The position numbers and the translations under genes were made by a program. Below are positions 26,351 through 35,449 of a DNA stretch of 64,000 bases, one piece after another (position 1 is the first letter of the stretch; every line of letters begins with the position of its first letter). The DNA is from Saprospiraceae bacterium. Lineage in GTDB: Bacteria > Bacteroidota > Bacteroidia > Chitinophagales > Saprospiraceae. The notes beneath the pieces are model-generated. The model did no database searches, was not told the origin of the DNA, and saw only the letters and a list, made by a program, of their open reading frames with translations. Where the stretch lies: NCBI GenBank assembly GCA_041736625.1, contig JBGSTG010000137.1, positions 36,896 through 100,895 of the forward strand, written 5' to 3'.

Positions 26351-28836
26351 ACAAAGCGCAAGACACCACCTTAGAAGATATCCGGGATTGGCTCCTGAAC
26401 AACATCGCCCAACGCCTGGAAATGAAACCCGAAGATATCCGGCTCGACGAGCCGGTGACCGCCCTGGGCCTGTCGTCCCGCGAAGCCATCATGATTTCCG
26501 GCGAACTGGAAGAATGGCTGGACTGCGAATTGTCCCCCGAAATCCTGTACGAATACCCCGAGATCGGCCTGCTTTCGCAAAAGATCATGGAGAAGCTCCA
26601 AAAACACGCATCCGAAGCGCCGGTCTTCCGCTCGCGGCCACGCGAAGGCAAAGACGAGATGGCCTACGATTCGTTCGTCGATCTGGTGCAGGCCCGGGCC
26701 CGGGAGATTCCGAACAAGGACATATTCATTTTTCTGGCCGACGGCGAAACGGAGACGGTGCGCATCAACATGGCCCAACTCGACCGGCGCGCCCGCGCAG
26801 TAGCTGCCCATTTGCAACAACATGGGGCCGACGGAAAACCCGTGCTGCTGGTGTACCCGCCGGGCGTCGAGTTCATCACCGGTTTCCTCGGTTGCCTGTA
26901 CGCCAAAGCCATTGCCGTGCCGGCCTACCCGCCCACCAAAAACCGGGGCATGGAGCGCCTGGATACCATTGCCGCCGACTGCGATGCCCACTTCGCCCTC
27001 ACGACAGCCGAAGGGATGGCGCAAATGCTGCGGAACAAAAAAGTGTCCGACGACTCATTCATCCGCCGCATTCACCTGATGGCCTCCGACACCATACCCG
27101 ACGACGAGGCCGTTCATTGGAAAAAGCCCCTGCTGAGCCGGCCCGATCTGTGCTTCCTGCAGTACACCTCCGGGTCCACCGGCAACCCCAAAGGCGTCAT
27201 GGTGTCGCACGGCAACATCCTGCACAACGTGAAAACCATGCGCGAAGCCTTCGACCTGCCGGAACACTTCAACATGGTGAGCTGGCTACCCATGTTTCAC
27301 GACATGGGGCTGATCGGCCACGTGTTGGGGCCCATCAATGCCGGTTGCACACAGGTAACCATGACACCCAACGTGTTCCTGGAAAAACCCGTCCGCTGGC
27401 TCAAGGCCATCTCCGGGCTGGAGCAAGTGTACACCACCGCGCCAAATTTTGCATTCGACTATTGTGTCGACAAAATCACCGACGCCGAGATGCAAGGCAT
27501 CGATCTCCGTTCCTGGCAACTGGTGTGCAACGGTTCCGAACCGGTGCGCGAAGACACCATGACGCGCTTCACGCAGCGCTTTGCGCCTTATGGTTTCCGG
27601 CGCAACGTATTTTTCCCCTCTTACGGCATGGCCGAAGCTACCCTGTTGATCTCCGTACGCGCGGACCAGTCCGCAGAGCCCAAAGTAGCTTACCTGAATG
27701 CCGAATTGCTTGAAAACAACCAGGTGGTAGCCGACGATGCCGATGCCGACAGCGCCGTAGCCATGGTCAGTTGCGGCGCGGCGCGGCACGGGCGGCTGAT
27801 CATTGCAAATCCGGAGACGCTGGAAAAATTGCCCGAGAACCGGGTCGGGGAAATCTGGTATAAAAGCGACAGCGTAGCGCAAGGCTACTGGAAGAAACCC
27901 GAACTCACCGAACGCACCTTTCAGGCTTATACCGCCGGCAGCGGAGAAGGGCCTTTTATGCGCACCGGCGACCTGGGATTTCTCCAACAGGGTGAGGTGT
28001 TCATTACCGGCCGCCTCAAGGACCTGATCATCATTCGGGGGCGCAACCACTACCCGCAGGACATTGAGGAGACCGTGCAGGGCTGTCACCCTGCGCTCAC
28101 CATCAATGCAGGCGCCGCGTTCACCGTCGACGCCCACGGCGAAGAACAACTAGTACTGGTGCAGGAGGTCGAGCGTACTGCTTTGCGCGCGCTCGACACC
28201 GCAGCCGTATTCGACGACATCCGGTCGGCCATTGCCGAGGAGCACAACATTGCAGTGTACGCCATCGTACTGTTGGCGCCCGGACAACTACCCCGTACTA
28301 CGAGCGGCAAGATCCAGCGCCGCGCCTCCAAGCGCGGATTCCTGGAAAACACGCTCAACCGTGTAGGCGATTGGAAAATGGAGCGTATGGACGTTCCTTC
28401 CGAAGCGCTGCACGGTTGGAATGCGGAAGAACTGCTCCGTTTGCCGCTACCCGAACGAACCGGCAATACCCAACAATACCTGCTGCACCTCATCGCCAAA
28501 ACCATGCGCATGGCGCCGGACCAGATAGACCCCACCAAACCGATCATCAACCTCGGTTTTGACTCCATTCATGCCATCGAGATCAAAAACCGGATAGAGA
28601 CCGACTTCGGCTTCGAACTGCCAGCCACCCGGCTGATGGAGGGCATCAACATCAACGACCTGGCAAGAGAAGCTGCCGAAAAACTGAAAGTCCGTTCGGA
28701 AGCACCTAAACCCGTCATCGCCGACGCTCAGGAGGGAATTGACGCCGACACAGCACGCGACTTGCTACTGGACATCGACAACCTCTCTTCCGAAGAAGTA
28801 GAACGACTCCTGGCAGCCCTGGATAGCAACGAATGA
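26347..28836 (+). CDS. Carrier-FAAL-carrier tridomain protein (ACP-FAAL-ACP)
   Basis: N-terminal carrier: LEDIRDWLLNNIAQRL..ALGLSSREAIMISGELEEWL. FAAL core: CFLQYTSGSTGNPKGVMVSHGNILHN, WLPMFHDMGLIG, GYWKKPE, FMRTGDLGF, LPRTTSGKI. C-terminal carrier: INLGFDSIHAIEIKNRIETDFG. Start at 26347 (Met16 of the tracked ORF), coupled by ATGA to the upstream gene. Confidence 0.85.
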   Translation: MNKAQDTTLEDIRDWLLNNIAQRLEMKPEDIRLDEPVTALGLSSREAIMISGELEEWLDCELSPEILYEYPEIGLLSQKIMEKLQKHASEAPVFRSRPREGKDEMAYDSFVDLVQARAREIPNKDIFIFLADGETETVRINMAQLDRRARAVAAHLQQHGADGKPVLLVYPPGVEFITGFLGCLYAKAIAVPAYPPTKNRGMERLDTIAADCDAHFALTTAEGMAQMLRNKKVSDDSFIRRIHLMASDTIPDDEAVHWKKPLLSRPDLCFLQYTSGSTGNPKGVMVSHGNILHNVKTMREAFDLPEHFNMVSWLPMFHDMGLIGHVLGPINAGCTQVTMTPNVFLEKPVRWLKAISGLEQVYTTAPNFAFDYCVDKITDAEMQGIDLRSWQLVCNGSEPVREDTMTRFTQRFAPYGFRRNVFFPSYGMAEATLLISVRADQSAEPKVAYLNAELLENNQVVADDADADSAVAMVSCGAARHGRLIIANPETLEKLPENRVGEIWYKSDSVAQGYWKKPELTERTFQAYTAGSGEGPFMRTGDLGFLQQGEVFITGRLKDLIIIRGRNHYPQDIEETVQGCHPALTINAGAAFTVDAHGEEQLVLVQEVERTALRALDTAAVFDDIRSAIAEEHNIAVYAIVLLAPGQLPRTTSGKIQRRASKRGFLENTLNRVGDWKMERMDVPSEALHGWNAEELLRLPLPERTGNTQQYLLHLIAKTMRMAPDQIDPTKPIINLGFDSIHAIEIKNRIETDFGFELPATRLMEGININDLAREAAEKLKVRSEAPKPVIADAQEGIDADTARDLLLDIDNLSSEEVERLLAALDSNE

Positions 28837-28885
28837 GTCTGCCCCAAAGAATCGACCTCCCCATTCCGACTTTAACACCAAAACT

Positions 28886-31800
28886 ATGTCCATTTCCCAG
28901 GATAAAAAGGAGCTGCTGAAACAATTGCTGGCTAAAAAGGCCGGCGAACAGGAGCCCGTCGTTTACCCTCTTTCATACGGCCAGCAGGCGTTGTGGTTCC
29001 TGCACCAGAACGCGCCGGGCAATGCGGCATACAACGTAGCCTTCACCGCCCGCATTCTCTCCCCCATCGATGTGGAAGCGTGGAAACGCGCCTGTCAGCG
29101 CCTGATCAACCGCCACCCCATCCTGCGCACCACTTACCAGATGAAGGACGGGCAGCTGCGCCAGGTGGTGCATGGGCTGATGCCGCTCGATTTCACCTAT
29201 GAAGAGGTGGGCGGACTCGGTGAAATCGACCTGTACAATCGCGTACGCGAGCACTACGCCAAACCCTTTCACCTCGAAGCCGGACCCGTGTGCCGCGTGT
29301 ACCTGTTCCGCAAGTCGGCCGATCACCACGTGCTGCTGTTCAACATCCACCACATTGCCTGCGACGGCGTGTCGACGTGGATCCTGCTGGAGGAGCTCCG
29401 CGATCTGTACTCCGCGGAGAGCGAAGGCCGCCGGCCAGCGTTGCCGCCACTGGCATCCACTTACCGCGATTTTGTGACGGCGCAGCAGGAATTGCTGTCG
29501 GGGGAAAAAGGCGAAGCCATGTGGCAGTACTGGAAAAACCAACTGCAGGGTCCGTTGCCCACGCTCGACCTGAGCACCGACAAGGTCCGCCCGCTGGTTC
29601 AAACCTTCAATGGGGGGTCGGTACCCGTCAAACTCAATGCATCCCTAACCGAAAGCCTGCGCGCCCTGGCCAAAAACGAAGGCGCCACGCTGTTTGCCGT
29701 ACTGGCCTCCGCCTTTCAGGTGTTGTTGCACAGCCTGAGCGGGCAAGACGACGTCCTGGTGGGCACGCCCACTACCGGCCGCGAAAAAAAGGAATTTCAA
29801 CCCGTGGTCGGTTATTTCGTCAATCCGGTGGTGTTGCGCGCCCAATTTGCCGACAACCCCGGCTTTTCCACTTTTTTGCAGCGCAACAAACAAACCATAC
29901 TGGGTGCGTTGTCCAACCAGGACTTCCCGTTTCCCCACCTGGTGGAAAAACTGCAACTGCCGCGGGACAAAAGCCGCTCGGCGCTCTTCCAGGTGTTTTT
30001 TAGCCTGCTCAAAGCCCAGGGAGACGACGCCGTGCAGGCGGTGCTGTCCGAAGACGATCCGAACGGCGTCTACGCATGGGGCAATTTGCAGATTCAGGCG
30101 TACGACATCGGCCAGCAGGAAGGGCAGTTCGACCTCACCCTGGCCCTCACCGAGAGCATGGGCGCCGTGAGCGGCAAACTCAAATACAACGCCGACCTGT
30201 TCGAGCCCGAAACTGCCGCCCGCTTTGCCCTGCATTACCAAACGATTCTCGAAGACATTGTCCGAAACCCTTCCAAACCGGTTTCCGAAATCAACCTCCT
30301 GACCGAGGCAGAAAAAAGGTGGCTCATCGAAGACCTCAACCGGACGGAGACCCCCTACCCTGCCGACCAATGTATGCACCAGCTCTTCGAAGCACGTGTG
30401 GATGCAAACCCCGATCAGATAGCCCTGAGCATGCCGGCACTGGCCGAAAAAGGATTGCCTTCCCAATTCACTTACCGCCTGCTCGACCAGAAAGCCAACC
30501 AATTGGCGCACTACCTCCGGCGGCTGGGTGTTGGCCCGGAGGTCAAAGTGGGCATTTGCGTGCACCGTTCTCCCGAGATGGTCATCGGCATGCTGGCCAT
30601 CCTCAAGGCCGGAGGCGCCTATGTACCCCTGGATCCCGACTATCCCGCAGAGCGGCTGGCCTACATCATTGAGGATGCCGGCCTGACCATTGTGCTGACC
30701 CAGGAAACGGCCGCCGCTCACCTTCCCGAGGGAGCTGTTACGCCTGTTTTTATGGATAAGGACAGGCAGGGCATCGCCGCCGGGCCCACCACCAGGCCGT
30801 CAGTAGATGTGCACGCCGGCAACCTGGCGTACATCATCTACACCTCCGGTTCCACCGGAAACCCCAAAGGCGTACTCATCGAACACCGCGGCGTGGCCAA
30901 CAAGCTCACCAACTTCAAACAAGACGTCCGCTTCGACCACAACCACCGCTTTACGCTCATCGCTTCTTACGCGTTCGACGCCAGCATCGGCCAACTGTTC
31001 TTGCCCCTGGTACAGGGCTGCCCGTTGTTTCTGATGCCCAAGGACAAACAGAACGACCCGGATTATTTCTGGGACTTCATGTTCGAAAATCGCATCAATG
31101 TGGTGTACACCACCGCTTCCTTCCTGAACCCCATGCTCGACAGCCCGCGTGACCTCCGGCCGTTGGGCGTCCAATACGTGTTCCTCGGGGCCGAAACCTT
31201 TCCTTTGCCCCTGCTAAACAAAATCCGGGAAAAACTCAACCCGCCAACCATCGTGAACATGTACGGGCCGACGGAAACCACGGTCAACTGCGTGATGCAC
31301 ACGGTGACGGGCACACCGAAAGGGCAAATCCCGCTGGGGCATCCGCTTCCGAATTACAAAGCCTATCTGCTGGATAAAAACGGGCAGATCGTGCCCGTGG
31401 GCGTCACCGCCGAAATACACATTGGCGGCCCGGCCGTTGCCCGGGGTTATCACAACCAACCGGAAACCACTGCCGAACGTTTTATTGCGGACCCGTTCAG
31501 CGATGTACCCGGCGCCCGACTCTATAAAAGTGGCGATTTGGGCAAATACCTGCCCGACGGCAAAATCGTGTTCATGGGCCGCGTCGACAAACAGCTGAAA
31601 GTCAATGGCTACCGGATAGAACCCGGCGAGGTGGAGGCCGCCCTGCTGCAACACGAATCTGTTAAGGAAGCCCTGGTAATCGCCCGCGAAGACAGCGCCG
31701 GCAACCACCGACTGGTGGCCTACCTCATTCCCGCTCCTGGCACAGACGTTCCCGGCATTCAGGACATGCGGAATTTCCTGCAGCAAAAGTTACCGACCTA

Positions 31801-34261
31801 CTTGGTGCCTACCGCATTTGTGGGGCTGGATCGGTTCCCCGTTACCCCCACCGGCAAAGTGGACACCAACGCATTGCCTGCTCCGGGCATCCGACCCGAG
31901 GTGGGCGCCGAATACGTCGCTCCGCGCACCGAGGTGGAGCGTTTACTGGCCGGCGTCTGGGCTGAGGTGCTGCATGTGGACCGGGTGGGTGTGCACGACA
32001 ACTTTTTCGACCTGGGCGGCGCCTCCGTGCAGAGCATTCAGGTGGTCAACAAGGCCAATGAACTCGGCTTTCAGATCAATGCAGGCATGATGTTCGAGTT
32101 CCAGACCGTCGAGCAACTTGCCGAAGCAGCCAGGACGACTTACCATCCGGAAGCGAAAAAGGCCGCCCCGGAAATGCCGGCTCCGGCGCCCCCTGTCGAT
32201 GCAGATACGGCCCACCTGAGGCCATCTTTCGGTGGTGACCACGCGGCCGTCCTGGTGGAAAGCATCGGCACCTACCTGCCCGAAAAGGCGGTGTCTACAC
32301 AGGAAATTCTGGAGGCATGCACCGCCAACGTTCGCTTCCCGATCGAAAAGATGACCGGTATTCAGACACGCCGCATGGCCGGCGAGGAGGAATTTGCCAT
32401 CGATATGGCCATCAAGGCAGCCAAGGACTGCCTCTCGCGGTCAAAATACCAAGCAGAAGAAATAGAGTTGCTCATTTGCTGCAACATTTCGCGCTTCGAC
32501 GGCCCCACCAAGGTCTCCTACGAGCCAAGTACCTCTATGAAGTTGCGCAAATACTTCGGCATGAAGAACGCCATTGGCTTCGACTTGTCGAACGCCTGTG
32601 CCACCATGTGGACTGCGGTCAACATCATAGACGCGTTCATCGCCAACGGCATCATCAAGTGCGGTATGGCGGTCAGTGGGGAGTACATCACCCACATTAC
32701 CCGGACGGCCATGCAGGAGCTGAGCGACAACTTTCTCGACCCCCGCATGGCCTGCCTGACGGTGGGCGACTCCGCCGCCGCCATCATCCTCGAGCGCTCC
32801 GACAACCCGCAGGTGGGTTTTCACAACCTGCACATGTTCACCGAAAGCGAACTGTGCCGGAACTGCATTGCCCACTTCACCGACCAGGTGCACGGGGGAG
32901 CCATCATGTACGTGGAGTCGGTCAAAGCCGCAGCATCGGCCATCCAACCCGGCGCTAAACTGGTACTCGACGTCATCCGCCGACACAACTGGCTGCCTGA
33001 GGTCAAATTTGACCACCTGCTCATGCACCAGACCTCCAGCACCACCATCAGCGACGCCCGCCGCGAAATCAACAGCCAAAACCAGCACATCATCGCTACC
33101 CCGGAGAACATGATCGACAACATCGCGCACCGGGGCAACACCGCCACCACCAGCCACTGGGTGGCCATTGTGGATCAGGTCAGGCAGGGCCGGATACACG
33201 CTGGCGACAAAATGGTGTTCGGCATTTCCGGCTCCGGGCACACCCTCGGCGCCGCGCTGTACACCTTCGACGATTTGCCCGACCGCATCCGCGAAAACCG
33301 CCCAAACCGGCGCAGCCAGCCCAATGGAATGCCTGCCACGCCGGCCGCCCGGCGCTGGAAGGCGCCCAACCCACGCGTGTCCGTTCAGGCCATCGGCACG
33401 GCCAACCCGGAAGCAGGCGTCGCCGCTGATGCACTCGAAATGGCCAAAAAGGCAGCACGCGATTGTCTGGCCTACGCCGGATATCGCAAGGAAGAAGTAG
33501 GACTGGTGATCCACACCGGCAACTACCGCAACAAGTTCCTCAGCGAACCCGCGGTGGCCTCGCTGCTCGCCGGCGACCTGGGCATCAACCCGCACCCGGA
33601 AACCGACAGCCACAACAAGTCGTTTGCATTCGACCTGCTCAACGGCGCGGCCGGCACCCTCGAAGCCTGCTACACCGCCATCCAGATGATGCAGGCAGGC
33701 AAATTCAACACCGCCCTGATCACCGCGTCCGAGGTAGAAAACAACCTCGAACACCGGCCGGACCAACTGCTGGGCCTACAGGAAACGGGATCCGCCATGC
33801 TGCTGCACCGGGATGAGGGTGGCGCCCGCGGCTTCGGCAACTTCTATCTGAGGAGTTTCCCTGCATACCTCGACACCCTCGACATTTACATGACCTGGAA
33901 AGGAAACATTTCTTTCCTTAATTTCATTAAAAATCCCAACCTTGAGGAATATTACCTGAGCTGCGTGCAGGCGTCGGTCACAGATTTTCTGGAATCGGAA
34001 AACCTGACGGTGAGCGACATTCGCTGGATTTTGCCGCCCCAGATCGGCCGCGAATGGGTAAACCGCCTGGGCGTTCAACTGGGCGCCGGAGTCGAAAAGA
34101 TCGTGAATGCCGCCTTGCCGGATAAAGATCTGTACACGTCCTCCCTGCCTTACAGCCTTCAGCAACTGGAGCGGAGCGGACAACCAAAGCCCGGCGATAT
34201 CGGCCTGCTCATTTCCGTCGGCTCAGGCATACAAGTCGGCTGTGCTTTGTACTATTTTTGA
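28886..34261 (+). CDS. NRPS module (C-A-T) fused to two C-terminal KASIII/FabH-like domains
   Basis: C domain: YPLSYGQQALWF, HHIACDGVS (29348-29368). A domain: LAYIIYTSGSTGNPKGV, FDASIGQ, NMYGPTETT, IGGPAVARGYHNQPE, YKSGDLGKY, VNGYRIEPGEVE, PTGKVD. T domain: FFDLGGASVQ (Ser codon 32024-32026). KASIII-1: FDLSNACATMW (Cys 32597-32599), LMHQTS, HRGNTATTS. KASIII-2: FDLLNGAAGT, LPPQIG, DLYTSSLP (triad absent). Confidence 0.85.
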   Translation: MSISQDKKELLKQLLAKKAGEQEPVVYPLSYGQQALWFLHQNAPGNAAYNVAFTARILSPIDVEAWKRACQRLINRHPILRTTYQMKDGQLRQVVHGLMPLDFTYEEVGGLGEIDLYNRVREHYAKPFHLEAGPVCRVYLFRKSADHHVLLFNIHHIACDGVSTWILLEELRDLYSAESEGRRPALPPLASTYRDFVTAQQELLSGEKGEAMWQYWKNQLQGPLPTLDLSTDKVRPLVQTFNGGSVPVKLNASLTESLRALAKNEGATLFAVLASAFQVLLHSLSGQDDVLVGTPTTGREKKEFQPVVGYFVNPVVLRAQFADNPGFSTFLQRNKQTILGALSNQDFPFPHLVEKLQLPRDKSRSALFQVFFSLLKAQGDDAVQAVLSEDDPNGVYAWGNLQIQAYDIGQQEGQFDLTLALTESMGAVSGKLKYNADLFEPETAARFALHYQTILEDIVRNPSKPVSEINLLTEAEKRWLIEDLNRTETPYPADQCMHQLFEARVDANPDQIALSMPALAEKGLPSQFTYRLLDQKANQLAHYLRRLGVGPEVKVGICVHRSPEMVIGMLAILKAGGAYVPLDPDYPAERLAYIIEDAGLTIVLTQETAAAHLPEGAVTPVFMDKDRQGIAAGPTTRPSVDVHAGNLAYIIYTSGSTGNPKGVLIEHRGVANKLTNFKQDVRFDHNHRFTLIASYAFDASIGQLFLPLVQGCPLFLMPKDKQNDPDYFWDFMFENRINVVYTTASFLNPMLDSPRDLRPLGVQYVFLGAETFPLPLLNKIREKLNPPTIVNMYGPTETTVNCVMHTVTGTPKGQIPLGHPLPNYKAYLLDKNGQIVPVGVTAEIHIGGPAVARGYHNQPETTAERFIADPFSDVPGARLYKSGDLGKYLPDGKIVFMGRVDKQLKVNGYRIEPGEVEAALLQHESVKEALVIAREDSAGNHRLVAYLIPAPGTDVPGIQDMRNFLQQKLPTYLVPTAFVGLDRFPVTPTGKVDTNALPAPGIRPEVGAEYVAPRTEVERLLAGVWAEVLHVDRVGVHDNFFDLGGASVQSIQVVNKANELGFQINAGMMFEFQTVEQLAEAARTTYHPEAKKAAPEMPAPAPPVDADTAHLRPSFGGDHAAVLVESIGTYLPEKAVSTQEILEACTANVRFPIEKMTGIQTRRMAGEEEFAIDMAIKAAKDCLSRSKYQAEEIELLICCNISRFDGPTKVSYEPSTSMKLRKYFGMKNAIGFDLSNACATMWTAVNIIDAFIANGIIKCGMAVSGEYITHITRTAMQELSDNFLDPRMACLTVGDSAAAIILERSDNPQVGFHNLHMFTESELCRNCIAHFTDQVHGGAIMYVESVKAAASAIQPGAKLVLDVIRRHNWLPEVKFDHLLMHQTSSTTISDARREINSQNQHIIATPENMIDNIAHRGNTATTSHWVAIVDQVRQGRIHAGDKMVFGISGSGHTLGAALYTFDDLPDRIRENRPNRRSQPNGMPATPAARRWKAPNPRVSVQAIGTANPEAGVAADALEMAKKAARDCLAYAGYRKEEVGLVIHTGNYRNKFLSEPAVASLLAGDLGINPHPETDSHNKSFAFDLLNGAAGTLEACYTAIQMMQAGKFNTALITASEVENNLEHRPDQLLGLQETGSAMLLHRDEGGARGFGNFYLRSFPAYLDTLDIYMTWKGNISFLNFIKNPNLEEYYLSCVQASVTDFLESENLTVSDIRWILPPQIGREWVNRLGVQLGAGVEKIVNAALPDKDLYTSSLPYSLQQLERSGQPKPGDIGLLISVGSGIQVGCALYYF

Positions 34262-34282
34262 CCATCTGAAATCCGGTAAATT

Positions 34283-35434
34283 ATGAACACAAAACGCAAC
34301 GTATTGATTGAGGACACCACCCTGCGCGAGGGTGAACAAATGGCCCGGGTGGTGTTCACCGAAGACCAGAAGCGCCGCATCCTGGACGGGCTGTACGAGG
34401 CCCGCGTACCCTACGCCGAAGTAGGCATTCCGGTAATGGGCGCGGCCGAACTGCGCGACCTGCTCAACCTCATACGCGATTATCGCGAACCCATGCTCAT
34501 CGGATGGAACCGCGGCATGCGCTCCGATCTGGAGCACTCCGCACGCGCCGGCTTCCGCGGTGTGCACATCGGCATTCCCACTTCGGAGGCCCACCTGAAA
34601 GGCCAACTCAAAAAAGACACCAACTGGGTGCTCGACGTGGCCTGCGAACTGGTCGAATTCTGCCGCCAGGAGGGCATGGAGATCATCTCCGTGAGCGCCA
34701 TCGACATGAGCCGCTCCAAGATCGACTTTCTGCAGGAGTACGCCCGAACACTCGAACGGGCAGGAGCTACCCGGCTGCGACTGTCGGACACCATCGGCAT
34801 TTTTACACCGGAAAAAACGCGCGAAGTGGTGCGGGCCATCCGCTCGGTATCCAACATTACCCTGCAGATGCACATGCACAACGACTACGGCCTCTCGCTG
34901 GCGAATATGCTGGCGGGCGTAGACGAAGGCGCCGAGCAGGTGCAGGTGACGATCAACGGCCTGGGTGAACGCAACGGCATCACGGCCCTGCACCAGGCAG
35001 CGGTGGCCCTCGAACTGCTGTACAACTGCGAAACCGGCATCAACCTCAAGGCACTCCTTCCCCTGGCCCGGGAGGTAGCCGACTTCACCCACTTCCCCAT
35101 CGCCAACAACGAGCCAATCATCGGACGGGGCGCTTTCAGCCACGAGTCGGGCATACACGTAGACGGCATGCTCAAATCGAGAGACAGCTTCCAGCCTTTC
35201 GACCCCGAGATCGTAGGCCGGGAGCACGAGTTTGTACTGGGCAAACATTCGGGATCGAGCGCCCTGCAGTGGTTCCTGCACCAACAAGGCATCGAGGTGA
35301 CCCGCGACGAGGCCGCCGAACTGCTGCCGTTCGTGCGCGAGTTCGCCACCGCGCAAGGCGGAAGCCTGGAACCCAAGTTCTTAGGGCTGTTTTGGCAGTT
35401 ATATAAGTCCAAAACGATGGACAAGGTATTTTAG
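34283..35434 (+). CDS. HMGL-family 2-oxoacid:acyl-CoA condensing enzyme (homocitrate / isopropylmalate / citramalate synthase-like, short NifV-like form)
   Basis: IEDTTLREGEQ, repeated (beta/alpha)8 blocks, LRLSDTIGIFTPEKT, HMHNDYGLSLANMLAG, INGLGERNG and HESGIHVDG. 383 aa, with no LeuA-type C-terminal regulatory domain. Confidence 0.8.
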   Translation: MNTKRNVLIEDTTLREGEQMARVVFTEDQKRRILDGLYEARVPYAEVGIPVMGAAELRDLLNLIRDYREPMLIGWNRGMRSDLEHSARAGFRGVHIGIPTSEAHLKGQLKKDTNWVLDVACELVEFCRQEGMEIISVSAIDMSRSKIDFLQEYARTLERAGATRLRLSDTIGIFTPEKTREVVRAIRSVSNITLQMHMHNDYGLSLANMLAGVDEGAEQVQVTINGLGERNGITALHQAAVALELLYNCETGINLKALLPLAREVADFTHFPIANNEPIIGRGAFSHESGIHVDGMLKSRDSFQPFDPEIVGREHEFVLGKHSGSSALQWFLHQQGIEVTRDEAAELLPFVREFATAQGGSLEPKFLGLFWQLYKSKTMDKVF

Positions 35435-35449
35435 GTGTTTGACCACCCT

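Noticed and set aside
26388-27713. 441-aa plus-strand ORF overlapping the ACP-FAAL-ACP gene in another frame
   Set aside because: The Arg/Pro/Gly-rich translation has no domain signature, whereas the overlapping frame carries every FAAL core motif.
33370-34261. Second KASIII-like domain as an ordinary active FabH or as a thioesterase
   Set aside because: The aligned catalytic positions read Gly, Pro and Leu/Tyr instead of Cys, His and Asn. There is no GxSxG or other hydrolase motif. It is therefore treated as a structural, non-catalytic partner domain.
29645-35356. Several long antisense ORFs inside the NRPS and HMGL genes (29645-30721, 32441-33766, 33776-34183, 34223-35356)
   Set aside because: All lie opposite frames with clear C, A, T, KASIII and HMGL motifs. 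Their translations are low-complexity (G/V/A/H/R-rich) and lack starts with plausible upstream regions.
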